This document shows positions 1 through 13,110 of a DNA stretch of 64,000 nt, piece by piece (the first letter of the stretch is position 1; every line of letters begins with the position of its first letter). The notes beneath the pieces are model-generated. The model worked only from the letters and a program-made list of their open reading frames with translations. It made no database searches and was not told the DNA's origin. Source of the stretch: Octopus vulgaris (taxonomy: Eukaryota); NCBI GenBank assembly GCA_951406725.2, contig OX597826.1, forward strand, positions 33,542,001 through 33,606,000, given 5' to 3'. The position numbers and the translations under genes are program-made.

Positions 1-769
1 ACTACATCATTCTAGGTTCAGTTCCACTATGAGGCCACTTGGGCAGGTATTTTCTGCTATAGCCCTGGGTTAACCTAAGACTTGTTAGTGAATTTAGTAA
101 ATGGAAACTGAATGAAACCTATCATGTATGTGTGTGTGTGGGGACAACAAATATTTAATGGTTAGTGCACTTTCAAAGACCTGGGGAATAAGAAATCCTT
201 GTACTTGAAAAACAAGCAAGGGTTAGCACCAGGAAGGGCATCCAGCTGTAAAACAATGCTTCAGTGATATATACTCATCTAACCTATTCAAACATGGAAA
301 ACAGACATAGAAACGAATTAACAGGTGGATATAACTTTCTTTGTATATCCATAAGGGTTGAATACGAAATGGGAGCCTAACATCTCTACTTTTACTTTTT
401 TGTAAAAACACATGCATATTTCTTGTAACGAGAAAAATGATACCTGTTTAATTTTATTTTAATTAATAAGTATTTAGTTAATGAGTTAATTTAAAGTTAG
501 GGTAAGTTAATTACACAGTTTCAAGACTTAATTTTAAACAAAACATTTGGAGTGCTAGCAACTCCTCTCAACTTTCTAAACTGTATGTCTTTGGTGTAAC
601 AATTTGAAATCTTTAGGCCAAAATTTGTCGTCAAAGAAGCTAGGTTGACTTATACATCAAGACGACTTTTGAGACGAAAAGTTCTCTGTGAAATGCGAAA
701 GGATTTGGAAAGAAAGTGATAATGTTTTAATGCTTAAGCTATGATATACTATATTGATTTCATCATCAT

Positions 770-1030
770 CATCATCATCGTCATCATCATTATCATCATC
801 ATTTAATGTCTGTTTTCCATAGTGACATGGGTTGGGTTATTTGACAGAAGCTGGATAGCTGAAGAGCTGTCCAGACTCCACGTTTATTCTGCCATGGTTT
901 CTACGGCCGGATGCCCTTCCTAATGCCAACTACTTTACTGAGTGTACTGGATGCTTTTTATGCAGCTCGAGCATGGGTGCATTTATGTGGCACTGGTGTG
1001 GGTGCTATTTACGTGGCACCAGCACCCTCA
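770..1030 (-). mobile_element. SINE-like family C 3' part with (GAT)n tail
   Basis: Reverse complement of the recurrent motif GTTGGCATTAGGAAGGGCATCC...CAACCCATG...TTAAA(TGA)n that recurs across the window (e.g. 28369-28541). Confidence 0.75.
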
Positions 1031-2270
1031 AGCCCACAAGGTTAGGAATGCTCAGCTGGAGAAAAAGCAGCCCTCGTTACTTAATACAGGAGCTCTGAGA
1101 CTGAAAGGGAGAGGAGGAAGGAAGTGGGGGAGAGGGAGAAAATACCCTTAAGCCAACAACTAAACTCTAACATATGCAACAAAGTGAACTCTGCTAAAGG
1201 AACCAAAAGGGCCAGGTCATGGTGTTAAATTGGGTGACACGTTAAATTTTGGTGGGTTTTGAATTCAAAATACAAAGCGCAGGGTCAAATACCACAAGGC
1301 ATTGGTCTCCTGTTTTCACCATTCCACCAATCATTAGACTGCTGGAATCTTGGATTGGTACTCTTTAATTTTATCAACCCCCAAAAGTACATAAAGCAAA
1401 TTAAAATAGTTAACAACTGTGTCTCCCTGAATTTGATTTGAAAATATTTGTTCTTGTGGAAATTGAAATAAATTGCTTTATTCAGGAAGAAATGCTATCA
1501 AGAATTCCAGAGTGGTTTTATTTATTAATTTATATTTATATTTCTTTATTTTCTTCTTATATTCTTTGATCATTGAGGTACTTTAAAGTTAAACTGATTC
1601 CCAGAAGATAGTAGATTTGAACCATACTGAAATTTGTCACTGTAGGGAATAATGCATGCCAAATGAAAAGAAAATTCAGAAAAAAAAAAAAAAAGAAAAG
1701 ATCCAAAATTGAAAGTAAAACTGAAAATAACTCAGTGAAACTAATACCGCCTTCCCATGACAGTGAAATGATGTTTGCTCTGAGGGAATGGAGTTCTTCT
1801 CTCTTGTGGGATGAACTTTGAAATAATATTTGTTAAAAGGCTTGTTTAAAATTCCTGAATTCCATCTAAGAAATATTCTTTATAAGTTTTCTGGAAAGTG
1901 TTTAGGAAAACATTTGGTTGGAATGTTAAGTCTATTTCTTGCTTCGTTCACTCACTAACTTGTTTGCCGTCATCGTTTAAATGTATTTATGCAAACACAC
2001 GCACAAAAACGCATACACACATGCACACACACACACACACGCACTCAAAAAACATACAAACACCTACACACACACATAAACATACACATCCGTTTATGCA
2101 CGCACATATTAAATGAACATATAAACCAGTAAATGAATGCACAAACAGATATGTGCATATGTGCATGCGTATGTGCAGACCCATCTATGAATATGTTTAT
2201 ACGTTGTTAATTTTATATCATCATCATCGCTATCACCATCATCATTATCATCATTATCATCATCATCATC

Positions 2271-2311
<41 letters not shown>

Positions 2312-2751
2312 GCAGCACAGCTCTTGTTAGTTGGAGATTATCACTACTTGCTTACGTCATATAGTCATTGGAATGGATTTCTTTAAAAAGTGATTCCTAT
2401 GGAAAATATCAAAATTAAATCCTTCAATACTGAATCAATTTCCTTTCTACGAAACTCTGTTTGTTTATTTACGTATTTATTTATGTTTATTGCTGAACTT
2501 TTGGCTTTTGTTTTTGTTGTTTTTGTTGATGTTGTTGTTGACGTTGGTGTTGTTGTTGTTTTATTAAGACACAGCACAAATACAAATAGACAATCGTAGG
2601 CACATGATATACAAAATATTCAATACTTGGTTTTATCCCCCACTTTCTCCCTTTCCCTCTCCCTCTCTCTAATGTGTATGTGCATGTATGCACATTATGT
2701 GTGTGTATATATATATACATAGACATATGCATACATATATACATTCATACA

Positions 2752-2754
<3 letters not shown>

Positions 2755-2803
<49 letters not shown>

Positions 2804-2813
2804 TATATGTATA

Positions 2814-2853
<40 letters not shown>

Positions 2854-2952
2854 TATATGTATATATATATATATATATATACTATATATATATATATATA
2901 TATATATTTACTATATGTATATGTATGTATATATATATACACATATATATAC

Positions 2953-3007
<55 letters not shown>

Positions 3008-3075
3008 GTATATATATGAATATGTATGCATGTATATTTATATACATATATATATATATGTGTGTGTGTGTGTAT
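2755..3075. repeat. Compound (TA)n/(TG)n microsatellite
   Basis: Direct reading; source of the YIYI-type ORFs. Confidence 0.95.
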
Positions 3076-3481
3076 GTATTTATGTAATTATGTATATGTA
3101 TACATACACATAGATAGATATAAATTGATATGTGGATAAATAGATAGACAGTTTAACTGTTAGATGGATGGATAGATTGATAGAGAGACAAATATACATA
3201 TATATATATATATTCAGAGAGAGAGAGAGAGAGATAGTTAGATAGATAAATAAATAGATAGATGTATTCATCTCGTCTCGTTCCCCAGCCTCTTTTCTCT
3301 TGTGGTTGCAGATCTTTCATTCATTATTTACTCACTGCTTTCTAAGTTTCAAAGTCCAATAAATCCTTTCTTACCATTTCTGCTATTTACCTTTCATTTA
3401 ATCATAACTAGAAATCATCCCTCTCTTATATACACTCGCACATAGCAGTACACACACATACAAACATACACTTACATATAT

Positions 3482-3518
<37 letters not shown>

Positions 3519-3768
3519 TATATACAGACATATGCCCATATACACATATTTATATGCTTGTCCATACACACATATATTGTACACAAATACGATTTGTACA
3601 CATAAGCTTATTCATGCATGCATACAAAAATAAGCAACATTTCACTAGCAGTAAATCAATTTGCAAACCTATACTCATTTGTATGTGCCAATATATATGC
3701 ATATGTACAAATGAATAGCACCCAAATGCATAACTCTTTCTCTCTCTCTTTCTCTCTCTGTATGTATG

Positions 3769-3852
<84 letters not shown>

Positions 3853-4057
3853 CACATACATACATACACACACACATACACACACACATACACACACATA
3901 CACACACACAATCACGCATATGTGTATGCATCTGCACACATATTTATAGATTTCCCATGAATAGATACACACACATCATTGATGCCAGGACAAATTTTCA
4001 CCCTTTCAATTATAAACTTGCTAAACGCGAATATTTGTCTTAGATTTTTGACTCAGA

Positions 4058-4103
<46 letters not shown>

Positions 4104-4112
4104 GAAGATAAA

Positions 4113-4182
<70 letters not shown>

Positions 4183-4589
4183 ATGAAATAAATAAGCAAA
4201 GAATTTCATAGGTTCTAGTGATTGAATAGGAATCTTTGCTGACATAAATATTAATTGATTCTTTAACCCAAAAAAGAAAGAAAGAAAAGACAAAACTAAA
4301 TACAAATAAAGGCAATTGGCATTGCCTCTAAATTTTTTAAAATCTGTTTTTATACAAAAAATACAGATACTTACAAATATATGTGCATATATCGTTATAT
4401 CTGAAGGTGTACATTGAGTTCCAGATATATCCATAAATGTTTGTATAAGAATAAAAATGTATCGATGTCTCTATTTACACTTATGTGTGTGTGTGTGTAG
4501 GTGGGTGAATGTATGATTGTGTGTTACATTTATTCATGTTTGTGTCTGCTGGAGTTCAGTGTAATTTAGTTCAGTTCCCTACAATTTAA

Positions 4590-4810
4590 CTCTTTCGTTA
4601 CCATCCCAGCCAAAACCTGCTCTGACTCTGAGTACAAATATCTTGTTTTCATAAGTTTTGAACTAAAATCTTTCATCAAACCTTAGTCACAATTTGTGTT
4701 CCTCACACTATCTTGATGATAACCAAATTATTTCACCAAATTCTTTGTTATATTTAAAATAAATTGAAAGAACTACAGAGCATCTCAAAATAAATACAGT
4801 AAGGAAAGGT
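4590..4810 (-). mobile_element. piggyBac-type MITE, degenerate inverted copy of 57294-57513
   Basis: TTAA at 4586 followed by CTCTTTCGTTAC; the other end is AGTAAGGAAAGG. The interior is the reverse complement of the 57.3-kb element. Confidence 0.8.
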
Positions 4811-4850
4811 TTGTAACATCAGTTCAATTCTAGGCTGAGCAATTTCAATT

Positions 4851-5085
4851 TATTTCTTTCTTTACTACCCACAAGGGGCTAAACATAGAGGGGGACAAAC
4901 AAGGACAGACAAAGGGATTAAGTCGATTACATCGACCCAGTACGAAACTGGTACTTTATTTATCAACCCCAAAAGAATGAAAGGCAAAGTCAACCTAAGC
5001 GGAATTTGAACTCAGAATGTAGCGGCAGACAAAATACTGCTAGGCATTTCGCCCTGCATGCTAACGATTCTGCCAGCTCACCTTG
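4851..5085 (-). mobile_element. SINE family B
   Basis: Minus strand reads GAGCTGGCAGAATCGTTAGCA...GAGTTCAAATTCC...GCCTTTCAT...AGTACCAG...TAAAGAAATA, the same consensus as the other B copies. Confidence 0.85.
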
Positions 5086-5677
5086 GCAATTTACTGCTGA
5101 ACTGAAATGACAAAATGAAGCTAAAGTGCCTGTTACATAACATGAAGCAGAACTCCTTAATTATGATCAGATAACTTATTAACTGATTTTTAATTATTAT
5201 TGTAATTTTTTCTCTAAAGATTAAGCTGATTAGGGCCAGAACCACCATAATGGACAAAATGCTTAGCAACATTTCATGTGTTTTTACATTTTCAGTTCAA
5301 ATTCTGCCAAGATCAACTTTACCCTCCATCCTTTTGGGGTTGATAAAATGAGTATCAGTCATGTTCTGGGATCAATGTAATCAGCTTCTTCCTACCCTTA
5401 AAACTAGTAAGTCTAGTGTCAAAATTTGGAGCCATTGTTTTTTTTCTTTAAATATTTCAGAGAAAAAGTGCAGTTTATGTGACTCTTTTCAGGGATCTTC
5501 GTCACTGGGAAGAGGATTGGGGATTGTTATCCATAGATCAGAAACCTGACCCAGATAGTGACAAAATATTGGATTCTTCCAAAACTACCTAAGGACAAGG
5601 TCGTGGATTTAAACCAGGTGATAATCTAAGTTTATCTTCGATATCACATATGATACACACACAAACAAACACACACA

Positions 5678-5711
<34 letters not shown>

Positions 5712-6597
5712 TACACACACATTTTGGTAAGACAATGAGAGAGGGTGGAATATGATAAATATGCTAGCCATGTCCTCTGACATGTCTAGAACGGCAGTAA
5801 TGACTGCCCAACAGACATCAACAGAAAAATCAGATGTAAACACAATGATGATGGTGATGATGATGATGACGACGGTGATGAAGAAGATGATGATGACATT
5901 GACGACGACGACGATGATGATGAGGAGGAGGAAGAGGAGGAGGATGGCAGCTACTAACTACTTGCCATGATCAGTTTATTTCACTTTTGAATTATTTGTC
6001 CATCTGACCGTTCAGTTAACCTCGACATCAACACCTCTTCCCTTCACTCACAAGTGACCCTCACACTTAATAGGTAACCCTTGCCCTCCAACACCACTTA
6101 TATAATTCAACCATTTCTGGCATCAAGTTATTTGATTGGTATTTACTTTGTCATCTTATTTATTCCTTTTTATTTCTTAACATTATCTGAGGTGCACAAT
6201 TCTGGTGAGTGTAAAGTATTTTGCCTCCAGTTAACCAAAATAGTTGCCATGGAACCATCTTGAAGATGTATTATTGGATAAAGGAATTATGGTAGAATTG
6301 TTGAAGTATTTGGGATACAGAATCTAATTATCAAAAGTTTCAATTGTTTCTGTTTGTTCCTTGGTTAGATTTTTGGAAAGTAATCCTTTCTCACCTGAAA
6401 TGTTCCTCAAAATACCAGCTGAATGGCATTTTCATCTCACTGATATTCTATTGATTGCTGAAAAGAGAAATTAAGCTATTTTAATGAGGTTTGGGGAAAG
6501 GTTGTTTAGCTGTGTGGTATAGCATTCTGCTCGTCTGTGTCTAATATCTTTTATCATCTGTAGTACCATCAAGGAGGAATACAAGCCATAAAGGTGA

Positions 6598-7149
6598 CAT
6601 GTGGAGTCTGATCAAAACATATTAGGACTGTTGCTATAGTAACAGAGCTAAAGTACACAGTGTGAAGCCACTTGGCACAGATTGACCTTGGCCTCTGTCA
6701 CACTTAAGAAGTAACTCTCACTTCTGTTACTTAAAGAAGTGATTGGAAGTAAAGTGTGTAGAGTGTGGTCATCTCTAAAAAAAAAAAGACTGGGCTTCAG
6801 CAGCACAGAATCTTCTGGAGTGAGCTGAGGAAAATGGAAACTTTTTGAATCATCACAGGTGATGAATCGTGGGTCTATGGCTATGGTCCTGAAATCATTG
6901 CTTGAAAGGAAGAAGATTTTGAGACGTTGAGGAAATGCATGAGAATGCGATGAGGAAGATGCTCAATATCTCAATGTCTCAAAAAAAAAGGAGTTCCAGG
7001 AATGCTTCCATCAATGGAAACAATGCTGGATAAAGCATGTGGCTTCAGGAAGGGGACTAGTCTGAAGGAAATTAATTCTTGAATTGATCTGTGTTGTAGT
7101 TTTCCTTTTATAGCACCAATCTTGATACTCTTTGATTGGATCCCTTATA
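6598..7149 (+). mobile_element. Internally deleted mariner transposon (transposase pseudogene with degenerate TIRs)
   Basis: 6849-6893 encodes IITGDESWVYGYGPE (first catalytic D motif). It is followed by LKGRRF...EFQECFHQWKQCWIKHVAS...GD*SEGN*, the mariner C-terminus. Imperfect inverted ends at ~6598-6630 and ~7117-7149. Confidence 0.85.
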
Positions 7150-8599
7150 TCCATAACTGGCCTCTACATTACAATGCACAGCTTCAATATGAATTTCTGC
7201 TGAACAGTTTGTGAATTGTGAGAATGGTAATCATTTTAGAACTCGATGTCAATGTCTTGAACTGTATTTCATGAATATATATCATTTATTTAAGCTCTTT
7301 GTACCCTTTGGAACAAAGGCCGTTGAAACTTTTCTCCTGTTCATAAACCTGGGATGTCTTCTCAGGTTTTGGTTTTGAATTATCTTCGATACTTCTGTAA
7401 TTTTTTTTTCTAGGTAGGCGTGTTGGCCCTATGCAGGTCCATTTTTATCTCTAGGAAAAGATGGTCCATATTAGTCTGGTCTTTAACCTTTGACTTATGC
7501 AGCATGGGAGGCCCTACAAGGAGCCTGCACTTCTATTTTTCTAATATATGCACACAAATCCACGTTACATGGCGAAGGCTTGATTTATCCAATGTTGATT
7601 GTATCCACATCTTGTGATCAATTACATCTTCCAACATTATGACAGATCTCCAAGCCTCTAGAAACAGCTGTTGGACTTATATTACCTTTCTTCCTTCCAC
7701 TTCAATTTTCTCTGCTGTTTGTACTTTGTGTAAGTTAGATCTATTAATATAAATATCTGTATATCTATACATAATCAGTCATCATCTGAAAGTCTTCGCT
7801 TTTTGCTTTCTCTCTTTTTGTATGTATACATATTTTGTATTTCATACCTAAACTGTTATATCTAATATGTCTAATTTGTTTATCCACATATGCTCAACTT
7901 GATCCCTCTTATATCTCGTGGAATTGATCTCCTGTAAAGACATCGGTGTCTAAGTTTGAATATATATACACATAAAAAAACATATTCATATGCAAGCAAG
8001 TTTGAAGAACCTTTACTTTTAATTATCTTTTTTTAATCTAAAATTTTTAATTCTTAAATCAATTTTTAAAAAAATTAGATTTTATTTTCATTCTCATTTT
8101 TATATATGAATATATATGAACCTTTTATAATGACCCACTTTTCAATATATCCACAGGTTTAAAATAATGATTCCAAATTTTGGCACAGAGCCAGCTAGTT
8201 TGTGGAGGGGGAAAACTGATTACGTTAACTCCATTACTCAGCTGGTATTTATTTTATCGACCCTGTGGGAAAAATTAAGGAGGAATAAAAGGTTATATAA
8301 CCCTATGGAAGACGGGGGTTTGGACAAGTTGGAAGTTAGGGTCTACAAATAGCAATTTTGAATGTTAAGCTGAGATAAAGAGTTGTTACCAATTGCTGAG
8401 AACCAAAAGATTGAAAGTGAGCAACTGAAGGGTCATCAAATAATACATTATTTCACGTAACATCTGCTTTATATAATGCATCATGAGAAACAGGTATATA
8501 AAACTAATTCTTTGCATGGGTCACTCATGTGAAGGCTTAAACTGAATTTTGTAATTGACCAATGCAATCATCTGTCATGTCAACCACCTCTCCACCTAC

Positions 8600-8820
8600 C
8601 CCAGAGCTCATGGTCCTGCAAAGTGTATGGTGACCTCAATAGAGCAGGTGTCACAATAAAAGCAATCACTCCACTCAGCGAAATGATTGGCATTAGGAAG
8701 GGCATTCAGCCATAAAGGTCATGCTAAAACAAACAATGGAGTTTGGTGCAGTCCTTGGAGACACACATCGGTTCATGGAACATGGATATTAAATGATGAG
8801 GATGAGGATGATGATGAAGA
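8600..8820 (+). mobile_element. SINE-like family C 3' part
   Basis: ATTGGCATTAGGAAGGGCATTCAGCC...CATGGATATTAAATGATGAG tail. Confidence 0.65.
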
Positions 8821-9097
8821 CATGAAATGTGTTCTGTCAGGGCACAGAATCAAATTATAGGTATCTTCCGAAGGGATCTAATACTAGCTGAGTAGACTGT
8901 GCCCTTTGAAGATTTAGATATAATACCAGTGAGAAAATTCATGATATATTCACTCTTTCATCAATAACTTTGTAACTAATAACTAGTTTCATACCAGAAC
9001 ATTTACCATTCCCAGAACTAAATGACTACCAACAAAATCACCTCAAAAAGTAATAACGATATATTGTCCTTCAGTCATTGTTTAATATTTGAAGGAA

Positions 9098-9300
9098 ACA
9101 AGCTGGCAGAAGCCAGGCAAAATGCGTCGTGGCATTTTGTCCTTCTTTGCATTTTGAGTTCAAATTCTGCTGGGGTTGGCTTTGTCTTTTATCCTTTTGG
9201 AGTTGAAAAAATAAGTACCAGTTAACCACTAAGGGTTGATGTAATTGACTTCTTCCCTCCCTTGAAATTGCTGGCCTTGTGACAAAATTAGAAATCAGTG
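9098..9300 (+). mobile_element. SINE family B (diverged)
   Basis: AAGCTGGCAGAA...GAGTTCAAATTC...CTTTTATCCTTTTGGAGTTGAAAAAATAAGTACCAG. Confidence 0.7.
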
Positions 9301-10326
9301 CTTGATATCTGTAAGAGAAGATCATAATGATGGCTTGAAAATATAAGATTTCATTGTTTGTTGTTACTGTTTGTTTAAAGAATTAAAAAAAAATAATTTG
9401 TCTTTCTTGTAAAAGAACAAAAATAAAATAAAACTAAGAAAAATTTTGATATTATTTATTGTTAGAAAATGTAGGAGGAAGATTTTGCCCCTAGTTAAGA
9501 TGCTAAGATAGATTAAAATCATCCATTAAAAACAAAATTCAAAGAAAAAACAATAATATTGAATATAAAATTAAAAAAAGGTTCAACATTAAACCATTGC
9601 AAAAGTAATGATACTATTTAGCACTGAAGAAATAATGGTCATTAAGAAAGTGTTGGCCCCAAGGAGAATTTGGAGGTAGGGGTAGGGCAAGGACAAAGGA
9701 AGAAGATAAAACTTGTAAAAAATGAAGTTTAACTAAAAACTGAAATTGGAAGTTAATCATGTATTCCATCACAAGTAAAACCTTGAGGTAAAATCAAAAT
9801 TACTAATTATTCAGAATGTTTCTAATACATTTTCACCTTCTGATACGTCCATGTCAGTTTTCTTCTATTATTTTCTTTCTTTTTTTTTTTTTTCCTTTTT
9901 CCATTTCCTTCATTCTGAAAATTAAAATCTTATTTAATGATTAGCCCTGCCTTTAAAAGCGATTAATTTATTTTAGTTTCATGACCGTCATCTTCAGTAA
10001 GCATCATTAAAGTTATTTTAGTCTGTTGCTTCTCCTCTTTATATATTTTTAATTTCGCTTCTTCCCTCTTCATCAGGTTTGAGAGTGAGCACATACTTGT
10101 TTCGATAAACCTAATTTCTATTCATGAAGTTAGAATAGGAGTGGATGAGTATTCTACAGATGCATGAATATTTCAATGCAATTCTCTGGGTAAATAAGGT
10201 TGATTTAATATGTAACATGACTATACCTTTGAATTTCAGGAACAATCACATGACTCTCTTTCTCTCGTCTCTCTTTCTCCTTCTCTCTTTCTCTCTCTCT
10301 CACACTCACACACACATGCACACACA

Positions 10327-10550
10327 ATCATCATTATCGTTCAAAGTCTGTTTCCCATGCTGGCATTGGTTGGATGGTTTAACTGAAGCTGACCAGCTGA
10401 AGGGCTGTTCAGGCTCCATGTCTGTTTTGGCTTGGTTTCTATGGCTGGATGCTCTTCCTAACACCAACGACTTTACAGAGGGAGCTGGGAGCTTTTACAC
10501 AGCACTGGCGTGGTTGCCTTTTATGTGGCACCAGCACCTATGAGTCCACA
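10327..10550 (-). mobile_element. SINE-like family C 3' part
   Basis: GGCTGGATGCTCTTCCTAACACCAAC on the + strand; matches the 60440-60620 copy. Confidence 0.75.
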
Positions 10551-10669
10551 AGATTAAGGATGTATTGCAGGAGACGTGCCTGTATTCAAGGGCAACCACA
10601 CTTTTACTTAGCTTGATGTGTCTTTTCAAGCACAGCAAACCACCAGAAGCTCAGTCCCCTACTGTCCCA

Positions 10670-10877
10670 TTATTTACATTATTTACATTTGACAGATTTA
10701 CATCTTGTTTGTTGTTAACACAATGTTTCGGCGGATATACCCTCCAGCCTCCATCAGGTGTATTGGGGAAATTTCGAACCTGGGTTCTCATTCCTGACGT
10801 ATTTTACGACGTTATTCTTCTTCTTCTTATTATTATTATTGTTGTTATTATTATTATTGTTATTCTTCTTCTTCTTC

Positions 10878-10947
<70 letters not shown>

Positions 10948-11026
10948 CATTCAGGTCACTGCCTGGGATCAAACTCGGAATATTGAGGTTAGTAACCTGC
11001 ACTCTTAACCACTATGCCATATGCCC
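10670..11026 (-). mobile_element. tRNA-headed SINE-like element: pol III head, (AAT)n spacer and hammerhead-containing 3' module
   Basis: Minus-strand head 11026-10952 has an A box (TGGCATAGTGG) and a B-box-like GAGTTTGATCCC. An (AAT)n run follows, then a module with ACAC-CTGATGG-A-GGCTG..CCGCC-GAAA-CATT-GTGT. Confidence 0.75.
10717..10762 (-). ncRNA. Minimal type-I hammerhead ribozyme motif (A9G-substituted copy)
   Basis: Stem I ACAC/GTGT, core CTGATGG, stem II GGCTG/CCGCC, GAAA, very short stem III. Confidence 0.6.
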
Positions 11027-11051
11027 ACTGGAATAATAATAATAATATTAT

Positions 11052-11197
11052 AGAAAAATACCTTAGGAATGAGAACCCAAGTTCGTAATTTCCCCAAGAC
11101 ACATGAAGAAAGCTGGAGGGTATATCAGCTGATACGTTGTGTTAACAAAAAACAAAATGAGGACAAATATCCATCAAATGTAAATAATGCAAATAGT
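11052..11197 (+). mobile_element. Inverted second copy of the hammerhead module (core decayed)
   Basis: GACAC-ATGAAGA-A-AGCTG-gagggtatat-CAGCT-GATA-CGTT-GTGTT; reverse-complement match to 10670-10805. Confidence 0.8.
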
Positions 11198-11444
11198 AGA
11201 TCCTTTCTCACCTCTTTGTGTACACTTTCCATGTGTTTCCTCTACAATTTGAAGCCAACACCTTCAGATGCAACTTCCTTCATTCATGTGCCTTACATGG
11301 CCACACAAGCAGTCTTCTTTGTTGCACACTACATGTCTTGCTACATAGACCCAAATCTCAAATCACTTACACTCTGTCGTATATGCACACTGACATTACC
11401 CATCCAGCAAAGCATACAGGCTTCATGCATATATACATATATAT

Positions 11445-11652
11445 ATTTTTTTATTGCCCACAGGAGGCGAAACATTGAGGGGACAAACAAGGACAGACAA
11501 AGGGATTAAATCGATTACATCAACCCCAGTACGTAACTGGTACTTATTTAATCAACCCTGAAAGGCCTCGGCGGAATTTGAACTCAGAACATAACAGCAG
11601 ACGAAATACCGCTAAGCATTTCGCCCGATGTGCTAACGATTCTGCCAGCTCG
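11445..11652 (-). mobile_element. SINE family B
   Basis: Matches the B consensus (GGAATTTGAACTCAGAAC...GACGAAATACCGCTAAGCATTTCG...CTGCCAGCTC). Confidence 0.85.
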
Positions 11653-11921
11653 TATGGAGGCATGTGCTGTGACAGCGCATATGTGCATCCAGCATTTGTT
11701 TGATGATTCCCTATTCCTGATGGAGGATACCTTTGTATCATTCAGACAGTTTTCCAACCCACGGATCTGTTTGGGTAGTCATTGTTGGTGAGGGTTTTAT
11801 AGGTCGGAGGGAAAATCTTATCTTAACTTCTTTTAGTTGCATTCTATGACATACATAGAAAACTTTGGGTCTATTCTTTGACATGCCAGTTCCCACTCAG
11901 CAATAGAACAACATGAATGAA

Positions 11922-12316
11922 ACAGGAGTGGTTGTGTGGTAAATAGCTTGCTTACCAACCACATAATTCTGGGTTCATTCCCACTGTGTGGCACCATGGG
12001 CAAGTGTCTTCGACTATAGCCTCTGGCCAACCAAAGCCTTGTGAGTGGATTTGGTTGACAGAAACTGAAAGAAGCCCGTCGTATATGGGTATATATATAT
12101 ATGTATGTGTGTCTGTGCTTGTCCCTCCAACATCACTTAACAACCGATGCTGGTGTGTTTACGTCCCTGTAACTTAGTGATTCGGCAAAAGCGACTGATA
12201 GAATAAGTACTAGGTTTACAAAGAATAAGTCCTGGGTATGATTTGCTTGACTGAAGGCGGTGCTCCAGCATAGCCACAGTCAAATGACTGAAACAAGTAA
12301 AAGAGTAAAAGAGTAA
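11922..12316 (+). mobile_element. SINE family A, near full length (tRNA-derived head, (AAAAGAGT)n tail)
   Basis: Head GGAGTGGTTGTGTGGTAA...GGGTTCATTCCC with A/B-box-like motifs, internal TA/TG tract and tail AAAAGAGTAAAAGAGT. Many copies in the window. Confidence 0.9.
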
Positions 12317-12875
12317 CCATTGGAAAACTGATTATAGCAGTAGCTACATTAATTCTTGGTGATATCTGAAGAAAGAATTTTGTATATTCCAAAATATTTT
12401 ATCATATCAGACTATGAATAATTAAATCATAGCAGTTATTATAGTCCACTCTGTATTGTTGTGCCATTCAAGACACGTTATATTTCACAAACATGAATAA
12501 AGTTGTTTTGCTCAAGAACAGAACTCACTGCTTGGTTTGGGAATTGAACCCACAATTTACCAATCAACTGGTATTTATCTTATCAACCTCAAAAGGATGA
12601 AAAGCAAAGTCACCCCTGCCATCATTTGAACCCAGAATGTGAAGTTGGAAGAAATGCTGCTAAGCATTTTCCTAATGCTGTAATGATTCTGCCAGCTTGC
12701 TCTTCAAAAAAAAAAAATAATAATGGATTCCAAATTTTGGCACAAGGAAGTGGAGTATGCTGATTACATCAACCCCAATGTTAAAATGGTATTTATTTTA
12801 TCAACAGTAGAATATGGAAAGAAATGTCAACCCCAGCAGCATTTGAACTCAGAATGTTAAGTTGGACAAAATACC

Positions 12876-13110
12876 TATTTCTTTACTACCCACAAGGGGC
12901 TAAACACAGAGGGGACAAACAAGGACAGACAAACAGATTAAGTCGATTACATCGACCCCAGTGTGTAACTGGTATTTAATTTATCGACCCCAAAAGGATG
13001 AAAGGCAAAGTCGACCTCGGGGGAATTTGAACTCAGAACGTAACGGCAGACGAAATACTGCTAAGCATTCTGGCCGGCGTGCTAATGTTTCTGCCAGCTC
13101 ACCGCCTTTA
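12876..13110 (-). mobile_element. SINE family B, full length, nested in an older B copy with 14-bp TSD
   Basis: TTGGACAAAATACC at 12862-12875 and 13114-13127 flanks a near-consensus B copy. Confidence 0.9.

Noticed and set aside
1898-4434. Many ORFs rich in YI/HT/CV
   Set aside because: Translations of (TA)n, (CA)n and (TG)n microsatellites; the same applies to similar ORFs throughout the window.
10045-10080. Minus-strand CTGATGA...GAAA
   Set aside because: No complementary stem II between the two motifs.
10952-11026. tRNA-like sequence (also the heads of families A and D)
   Set aside because: No complete acceptor stem or cloverleaf, and attached to repeat bodies; these are SINE heads, not tRNA genes.
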